A stretch of 52,125 nt of DNA from a virus. Lineage: Duplodnaviria; Caudoviricetes. The first letter of the stretch is position 1. Each line of letters begins with the position of its first letter. The DNA is taken from the IMG/VR virus record IMGVR_UViG_3300025642_000006, positions 1-52,125 of that record; one strand, given 5' to 3'. Positions 47,401-52,125 of the stretch are shown piece after piece. A program made the position numbers and the translations under genes. Under the pieces are notes generated by a model, which was given only the letters and a program-made list of their open reading frames with translations, did not search any database and was not told the origin of the DNA.

Positions 47401-47721
47401 GGCGGCAAGGTTTATGTGTATGATGGAACAACATGGTCAGAGTCTTATGATAGCACAGAAGAACGCATCTATTCCCTAGCTGTCTACGGTGGCAAACTGT
47501 ATGCGGGTAGTGGTGCTGGCGGAATAATCTTTAGATACACCTCAACAGGGCTCACGACCCTAGTCAATCCGTTAGCAAACTCATACGCGGCAGGATCAAC
47601 CATGTACCGATGCGCCGAGATGGGAGGATGGGTAGCCACGACGAACTGCACGCTTAGGGTCCAGACCGTTTCTGAGACATTAGACTATGATGTGATATCA
47701 ATATTTAAGGAGGTTCAATGA
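44464..47721 (+). CDS. Tail fibre/receptor-binding protein with signal peptide, ETDP repeats and a 7-bladed beta-propeller
   Basis: MTRIISALLILLAASAHA-Q; LRVGDGVT motif; 7x39-aa repeats. Confidence 0.82.
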   Translation: MTRIISALLILLAASAHAQVIGVLSNLLATAATPAELTETVLELNSIVINAGDMHDLRVGDGVTPGGVRVWNTDALTEPPRSYPHGFAMNGNTISLNGSYTIGAEGPLWYLRCNGSNVMSVLANSGSLGTTISETYAGSNILRVVVAVEDEALDPLVEYSQSLITPAWTDCVYTVTRPTTNLVQIDIEIPEDATNGYFRITALSGFRVRFGIPLEAPSASVSGGLTLGGTTNVITDDGTNLTRNGVLIAGTGGTGSGFPATNHMNAAGYNLTNLNIAQGTTANFGTLNATTVNGTIFNGRDMTLSGNLNIASNLNYTINQQTTVYLGTNYITNINVTARWTTNNTYLYTNVVETHTAWYTNYVTYDTYINNGGYFNASNANWVAFPGLYIEGTNTAASGVWDFTDAIVLGLGAGTVTNAGYGLIMTNNVIAIDTSIVATGTPLYVYSETDPAFAASSNLFLQAETDPAFTNWLGTNTYIKTESDPVWASEKSSYATGTPLYVYSETDPAFTNWVETTFTNAVTSLVAQVSVAGVSSVEGITGAVLISGATNSGQTIYLPASSGATQTNTITDTMTQPLRLSGGFYVGTDTNLITNVVEGAEGSGTLTNIVINGTMGTTTGALAYVTVAGGGGGISGIITDATYTNDMSVMQTVTNTYTLTPVIEKIVLRAETTNRPFSKSVIVDLFHGATIAPEARQLRESFTFEAVDLQTNVTSGDSEIGIIQAQQLYDDDLCYLSDNASTSEYVRILSSVDSGSWNTDYDSTEADIYSLAVYDGKLYAGSATGGKVFVYDGTTWSESYDSTEERIYSLAVYDGKLYAGSGPGGKVFVYDGTTWSESYDSTEGFIRSLAVYGGKLYAGSATGGKVYVYDGTTWSESYDSTEERIYSLAVYDGKLYAGSGTGGKVFVYDGTTWSESYDSTEGYIYSLAVYGGKLYAGSGTGGKVFVYDGSTWSESYDSTEGYILSLAVYDGKLYAGSGTGGKVYVYDGTTWSESYDSTEERIYSLAVYGGKLYAGSGAGGIIFRYTSTGLTTLVNPLANSYAAGSTMYRCAEMGGWVATTNCTLRVQTVSETLDYDVISIFKEVQ
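45775..45995 (+). repeat. Intragenic ETDP-type repeats
   Basis: ATGTPLYVYSETDPAF occurs twice (near-identical DNA), with QAETDPAF and KTESDPVW between. Confidence 0.8.
46732..47540 (+). repeat. Seven tandem 117-bp (39-aa) repeats
   Basis: tatgatagca recurs at 46744, 46861, 46978, 47095, 47212, 47329, 47446. Confidence 0.95.
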
Positions 47722-48512
47722 TGCGAAAACTATTATTATATGCAATTTGTTTAATGTGCTCAACGGCCATTTATGCTGGTTACTACTATACACAGGATGA
47801 GGAGGGTAATGTCACGCGCACAAAAGGCGACACCCCCTACCCGGAAGGGGCTATATGGCAGACCGATGTGAACTACCAGACCCCCGTTGACGATATCAAG
47901 GTTGATGATGGTAAAATCGTGAGGCGATCAGCGGAGGAAATAAAGAAACGGTTGCAATACGAAGTACTTTTCCGAGTTGATGGGAAACTGCATACAGAGT
48001 TGCTCGCGAAGAAGTCGCTTGATCCGCTTTTGGAATACGAGGTCATACTGGGTGGCAAGCGGAAATACCATATCGAGTTACCAACCGAACAGACCGGAAC
48101 GACTACCGATCCGGAAACCGGCGAAGAGTTGCCCGTAATGTCCGAAGTGCCAATTAAATACTGCAAACTGGTTGACGGCGAACTGGTAGCCATGACAGAG
48201 GCTGAGCGTACGGCGCGGGATGAGTACGATGCGCAGGTTGCAGAGGCAGCGCGTCTAGCCAGCCCCGTGCCCGACGTGACACCGTTACAGTTTCGCTTGA
48301 TCCTGTTATCGCAGGGGATCACCGAGGCGCAGATTGACGCGTTGCTTGAGACCATCGAAGACCCAACAGAAAAGGCAGTTGCCAAATTAACATGGAGCAA
48401 AGCCAGCGTGTTCAAACGGTCGCATCCGATGATTGCTTCAATGGGCGCGACGATGGGTTTCACCGCCTTGCAAATGGACGAGCTATTCAGAGCCGCAGCG
48501 GAGATTGAATAA
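47718..48512 (+). CDS. Fibre-associated/assembly chaperone-like protein with signal peptide
   Basis: MMRKLLLYAICLMCSTAIYA-G; C-terminal VTPLQFRL.L...W..A..F.R.HP.I..MG..MG....QMDELFRAA motif typical of genes after fibres. Confidence 0.7.
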   Translation: MMRKLLLYAICLMCSTAIYAGYYYTQDEEGNVTRTKGDTPYPEGAIWQTDVNYQTPVDDIKVDDGKIVRRSAEEIKKRLQYEVLFRVDGKLHTELLAKKSLDPLLEYEVILGGKRKYHIELPTEQTGTTTDPETGEELPVMSEVPIKYCKLVDGELVAMTEAERTARDEYDAQVAEAARLASPVPDVTPLQFRLILLSQGITEAQIDALLETIEDPTEKAVAKLTWSKASVFKRSHPMIASMGATMGFTALQMDELFRAAAEIE

Positions 48513-48763
48513 TGAGCGACGTGGGAGTAGTAGCGGGGTTGTTACAGTCCATTCTGGACGCATTTTCAAGGTGGTCAAAATATAGGGGGATAAAACGTGC
48601 AGCTAAAAATCTTAGTGACAAAGAAACGCGTGATGCAATGGACAATGTGCTTGGTGATGGTGGCGCTCATAACATGGGCGAGCGGTTGCGCAAGTACAAG
48701 TCCCGAGGACAGAGCAGCGGATACGATAGCAACAGTGCTGACACTGGAAGAAAGGTAGAATGA
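48512..48763 (+). CDS. Hypothetical protein
   Basis: TAATG coupling; amphipathic N-terminus. Confidence 0.55.
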   Translation: MSDVGVVAGLLQSILDAFSRWSKYRGIKRAAKNLSDKETRDAMDNVLGDGGAHNMGERLRKYKSRGQSSGYDSNSADTGRKVE

Positions 48764-48766
48764 CAT

Positions 48767-49156
48767 ATGAGCGACGCAATAGACAGATCGGTGATTCAGA
48801 CAATGATTGAACAGGCGGCGTCTATCGCGGCAACTCAAGCTCTGCAAAGCATCAAGCGCCCGACTCCCGAGTGCATCAATTCTTTCAGCGGACAATTTCA
48901 TGCTATTTCACTCACGCTTGCAGACATTACCAACACGCTAAAAAATATAGGCAAGACCCTTGAGGAGATCGGCGCACGTCAGGCTGGGTTCGGAGCGCGA
49001 CTCGATGCGACGGAAGATGCGATTGAGGATTTGCAGCGCTGGAAAAAGGGACAATGGAAAGTGTTTGCGTGGCTATGGAGTTGCGTTGCCGGGACGGGAG
49101 CATTCGTGTTCATCCGCTCGCTCGATAAACTGTTGACTAACTGGTTCGGGGACTAA
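48767..49156 (+). CDS. Coiled-coil protein with C-terminal TM helix (holin/XhlA-like)
   Basis: Heptad region then VFAWLWSCVAGTGAFVFI. Confidence 0.55.
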   Translation: MSDAIDRSVIQTMIEQAASIAATQALQSIKRPTPECINSFSGQFHAISLTLADITNTLKNIGKTLEEIGARQAGFGARLDATEDAIEDLQRWKKGQWKVFAWLWSCVAGTGAFVFIRSLDKLLTNWFGD

Positions 49157-49160
49157 TGCA

Positions 49161-49559
49161 ATGACGCAGGACGATCTATACGCCATCATCAAGGAGCAGG
49201 TAGGATACGGACGGCTGCGCCCCCTTAAAGACGTGACCTATCACGATGGTATATCCTACCGGCAAATCGAACAATGGCGCAAAGGCTGGTGGCGCGGTGC
49301 ATGGTTCGGGCTAATCAACCCGGTGCCTGATTACACGCCAGAGAGTTTCGACTGTGACGACATCGCGGCTGACTTCGTGGCCTATTGCAGGCGGCAGAAT
49401 GCTTACAGCCGTAAGGCGCTCCCGATGTGTGTTGCATTCGTTCAGGGTCACGCACTGGTTCTGTTCGTAGATGATTCCGGCGTCAGGTTCTTCGACCCGA
49501 ATGAGGGCGAATCACCTCTGGTGGACGAAGGATCAATACTATATCTGGAGGGGCTATGA
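49161..49559 (+). CDS. Papain/transglutaminase-like cysteine hydrolase
   Basis: Y..ESFDCDDIA ... GHAL ... FFDP gives a Cys-His-Asp triad. Confidence 0.65.
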   Translation: MTQDDLYAIIKEQVGYGRLRPLKDVTYHDGISYRQIEQWRKGWWRGAWFGLINPVPDYTPESFDCDDIAADFVAYCRRQNAYSRKALPMCVAFVQGHALVLFVDDSGVRFFDPNEGESPLVDEGSILYLEGL

Positions 49560-49981
49560 AAACAACCCTACGTGACCTGATTGAGTGTGCCGTTATTATA
49601 TGCGGCACCATCACAATCATCCTTGCCGTATCCTGCATCTCCCTGACCGAAGAGCAGCGCACCGACATTGAGAAAATCATTTCAGCCGTTCCTATTGCTA
49701 CGGCTACCCCATTGCCCCAACCGACACCCGTAACAATAACTAATACAGTTCCTGTAAAACACCCGGATGTTTCTGTTGGGGCATCCCTTGCCGGAGTTGC
49801 GCCGTTCGCGGAGGCGCACGGGATACCCGTTGCGTCTACTGGACGTGGCGACATGCTAGACATGCGCGGCATGTCTAATGCCGACGCACTCATTGCCGAG
49901 TGGTGCGAGCTTTCAGGTGGTGCGGCGTGTCCTGCACTAACCGACGCAGAGCCAGATGGGATATTTCACCAATGCCATTAA
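49556..49981 (+). CDS. Putative lipoprotein
   Basis: Hydrophobic N-terminus ending LAVS-C, then a Pro/Thr-rich linker. Confidence 0.5.
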   Translation: MKTTLRDLIECAVIICGTITIILAVSCISLTEEQRTDIEKIISAVPIATATPLPQPTPVTITNTVPVKHPDVSVGASLAGVAPFAEAHGIPVASTGRGDMLDMRGMSNADALIAEWCELSGGAACPALTDAEPDGIFHQCH

Positions 49982-50241
49982 CGCCACTACAGTTCGAGTT
50001 CAACTGTGTCAACGGACACGCTGATCGTCTCAGGCGTGAGCTTGATAGTGTGGAGCATTCACTGCTGCATATCAAGGCGCAGTTGGCAGTGGAGGGGATG
50101 AGAGCAACCGATATTCTGGAGGTGCATAATGTGGCGACTGATATTTGCAATGTGGAGAATACGACTGAGACACCCGATCAGGTGGCTACGGATGAGAAAG
50201 TTATGGCGGGAGATACGGGTAGAGTCGAGGCCGAATTATGA
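49972..50241 (+). CDS. Hypothetical protein
   Basis: Overlapping ends with both neighbours. Confidence 0.5.
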   Translation: MPLTPLQFEFNCVNGHADRLRRELDSVEHSLLHIKAQLAVEGMRATDILEVHNVATDICNVENTTETPDQVATDEKVMAGDTGRVEAEL

Positions 50242-50771
50242 CCGCAATGTGGACAGGTAGCGGATACTCTAAGGCAATGACCAATGAGGAGCAACGCGCT
50301 CTTGGGTTGCCAACGTACAAGCGATTTTACCTGTTCAAGCACGAGCCAGATAATCGTGAGACGCTCTGTTACGACGGGGCTATGTTCCGTGTTCCTGATA
50401 ATTGCATTCACGATTTCGGATCAGGTCTTGAGTACACGCAGGGCATTCCGATTCTACGCCGGTGGTTCAGTAGAGACTCATATCCTCGCTCGGTTGTTTT
50501 GCATGACGCAGCATACAGCGGCACGTCAAATGACGAACTTTACGATATGGCGCCAAACCTTGCACAAGTTGGGACTCGGCATCAGTTGTGGATAAGCGTA
50601 GACAACGGCGACACATGGGCGGCCACTCCTGTATCAAGAGAGTTGGCTGACGAGTTGCTTCGTATCGGCATCCTAGCAGAGGGTGGACCCCGTTGGGTGG
50701 CATGGACGTACCATAAAGCTGTAAGATTATTTGGTAGATTTGTTTGGGATGATGGGATAGTAGAAGACTAG
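50238..50771 (+). CDS. DUF1353-family protein
   Basis: VP.N...DFGS, VVLHDAAY, SRELADELL, AVRLFG motifs. Confidence 0.72.
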   Translation: MTAMWTGSGYSKAMTNEEQRALGLPTYKRFYLFKHEPDNRETLCYDGAMFRVPDNCIHDFGSGLEYTQGIPILRRWFSRDSYPRSVVLHDAAYSGTSNDELYDMAPNLAQVGTRHQLWISVDNGDTWAATPVSRELADELLRIGILAEGGPRWVAWTYHKAVRLFGRFVWDDGIVED

Positions 50772-50794
50772 GCGAAAGCCTGAAAGGAGTAGAG

Positions 50795-51151
50795 ATGAAA
50801 AAGATTATTGCTGGATTGTTTGGGGTGATTATTGCTGTTTCTGTATACGCCGCTCAAGATGGTGGACTGTATAATAAAGCAGTAGGTTATCCGGGGTCAT
50901 TGCTGACTACCAAGGTAGGGGAATGGGGCGCTAAGAGCCTTACCGTAATCAATAGTGGCACTAATGTAGTATACTGCAATGTAAATGGGACGGTTGCAGA
51001 AGTTGCTGTGAACGCTGTTTCTGGCACCGGATCAGTAGCGATTGCGGTTTCTGGTAGCTATACATGGGAAGGCAACAACATTGGTAGCATCGCCATTGGG
51101 TGTGTGACTGGGTATGCGTCTACCGTGACGCTTCAATTCCATACGATGTAA
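50795..51151 (+). CDS. Small signal-peptide beta-sandwich protein
   Basis: MKKIIAGLFGVIIAVSVYA-A; L.VINSGTNVVY motif; AAGGAG RBS. Confidence 0.7.
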   Translation: MKKIIAGLFGVIIAVSVYAAQDGGLYNKAVGYPGSLLTTKVGEWGAKSLTVINSGTNVVYCNVNGTVAEVAVNAVSGTGSVAIAVSGSYTWEGNNIGSIAIGCVTGYASTVTLQFHTM

Positions 51152-51165
51152 GACTAGATTAGAGC

Positions 51166-51201
51166 AAAAAGAAGGGCCGGGAATAACCCCGGCCTTTTCT
51201 T
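51166..51201. terminator. Bidirectional rho-independent terminator at the end of the late operon
   Basis: aaaaagaagggccggg-aataac-cccggccttttctt. Confidence 0.85.
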
Positions 51202-51207
51202 ATGCCC

Positions 51208-51300
51208 TAGAAGGCCGCTTAGAGGCTCTAGGATTGATTTTGCTGTCTAAGCTAGGTGTGGATATGGCTTGCTATGCTAAACCCCGCCTACGCGCCCTAT
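51208..51300 (+). repeat. Dispersed ~93-bp hairpin element, copy B
   Basis: Gapless match of the anchors tagaa, tta, tctagga, gatt, aaacccc, cta.g.gcc to copy A. Confidence 0.6.
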
Positions 51301-51443
51301 TCGGCTAGTAGCGCAAATGCACTCGTAACCATAAAAGCCAAAGCAATTATAAAATATAGCATTGCGAATACGGCATTAGTATCTACATGGCCGAGGATGT
51401 TGAATAGCAGGCTAAACATCAAAGTCCTTTCAAACTTACTCAT
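51297..51443 (-). CDS. 48-aa small membrane protein (not in the ORF track)
   Basis: MSKFERTLMFSLLFNILGHVDTNAVFAMLYFIIALAFMVTSAFALLAE*; AAGGAG upstream. Confidence 0.6.
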   Translation of the reverse strand: MSKFERTLMFSLLFNILGHVDTNAVFAMLYFIIALAFMVTSAFALLAE

Positions 51444-51645
51444 ATTTCCCTTCTCCTTTTAATAGACAACAATTATCTGCTATGCCAGAATCTACGCTAG
51501 GCTGCGGCATGATTGAGAGGGCTTTGATAGCTTTTTCTGATAGGCAGATGGGCTCGCCGGACGTGATTGCATTTCCTTCCGGCAGCGTCCCTTCCGTTCT
51601 GGATTTTGTGGTCGGGCGTCACATGGCTTTCGTGTATGGGGTAAA

Positions 51646-51663
51646 ACTTGCGTGTGCGCAAGT
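51646..51663. promoter_or_regulatory. Inverted repeat, possible operator
   Basis: ACTTGCG-tgtg-CGCAAGT about 75 bp upstream of the promoter. Confidence 0.45.
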
Positions 51664-51736
51664 CTTTTTCTTTGTTTTGTTGTGTTTGTGTTCCGTTGGT
51701 TTGGAGAAAATAGTTTTAAAAAAGTGTAATTACCGG

Positions 51737-51765
51737 TTGACAAGGGCGGTACAATGTCCTATATA
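51737..51765 (+). promoter_or_regulatory. Sigma70-type promoter for the JAB-XRE module
   Basis: TTGACA-17 bp-TATATA with an A/T-rich UP-like region upstream. Confidence 0.7.
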
Positions 51766-51970
51766 TTATATTGACGATAAGTTATTCCAGATTGTGAATG
51801 GAACCATTAAGTGTGTTTAGGGTGTCCGCCGTCCGCCGTCCGGGGGTATTACATACCCCCCCGGACAGGACGGACAACGTACGAGAACACCAGACCGGAC
51901 AGAAAACGGACGTTGACCGGACGAGATGGAATAGGAATGGGAAAGCAACAAAACGAAAGGGAAAAAGAAC

Positions 51971-52125
51971 ATGAACGGAACAATCGCAGAGAAGACTGAC
52001 GGTGTGGGCGAAATGAACATTGCCGGGATGGTTCCGTCTCCATTCGCCGAGCCATCGAGGTGCCCGCGTATGAGTGATCTGTTGCTATGGTCGAGAGATC
52101 GGAAGTTCGGATTGTCTCTGAATGA
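51971..52125 (+). CDS. 5' leader ORF (MNGTIAEKTDGVGE...) fused in frame to the JAB gene across the circular join
   Basis: GAAAGGG RBS; ATG 51971 lies 14 codons upstream of, and in frame with, ATG 52013 (= position 9). Confidence 0.65.
   Translation, partial: MNGTIAEKTDGVGEMNIAGMVPSPFAEPSRCPRMSDLLLWSRDRKFGLSLN
52005..52125. repeat. Terminal direct repeat (copy of 1-121)
   Basis: Exact identity with the window start. Confidence 0.95.

Noticed and set aside
46732-47540. CRISPR array or DGR template/variable repeats
   Set aside because: Units are contiguous in-frame 117-bp coding repeats without unique spacers; changes are not adenine-specific and no reverse transcriptase is present
52005-52125. 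121-bp terminal repeat as a biological direct terminal repeat
   Set aside because: It cuts through an ORF and its length is typical of an assembler k-mer overlap; it shows circularity, not physical genome ends
1-52125. Integrase/att site, tRNA genes, DNA or RNA polymerase, classical tape measure or sheath
   Set aside because: No supporting motifs found by eye; absence should be confirmed with HMM searches and tRNAscan

Overview
The window is a complete, circularly assembled tailed-phage genome of about 52,004 bp. Bases 1-121 are identical to 52005-52125, most likely an assembler overlap. No integrase, tRNA, CRISPR array or reverse transcriptase was seen. Layout: (i) a leftward early/replication arm at ~1460-12210 (truncated dNMP kinase, SF4 helicase, Rad52/Sak-like annealase, replisome organiser, frameshifted PD-(D/E)XK nuclease, many small ORFs); (ii) a ~1.2 kb divergent non-coding region; (iii) a rightward late arm at 13393-51151 (TerS candidate, SSB-like, LmbU-like, NinG/HNH, TerL, GroES-like, portal, scaffold, capsid, adaptor, ejection-type proteins, fibres, and a lysis-position cluster without a recognisable endolysin); (iv) a ~1.9 kb GC-richer module spanning the origin, with its own promoter and terminator, carrying a CBASS Cap3-like JAB isopeptidase inserted into a DUF6876-like gene plus an XRE regulator. 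The strongest novelty candidate is an 834-aa tail-position protein whose ~560-aa Ser/Thr tract has mirror-symmetric, even-numbered Gly spacing. This predicts a giant beta-hairpin that could form a long beta-barrel tube, and it is followed directly by a Stealth-like sugar-phosphate transferase and a hyper-acidic protein. Also notable are Sec signal peptides on at least seven virion-module proteins, the captured JAB cassette (possible anti-defence), a three-copy ~93-bp hairpin element, and a 7x117-bp patchwork beta-propeller. A PVC-superphylum host (Kiritimatiellota/Verrucomicrobiota-like) is only a low-confidence guess from protein style. All family assignments come from motif recognition by eye, not database searches.
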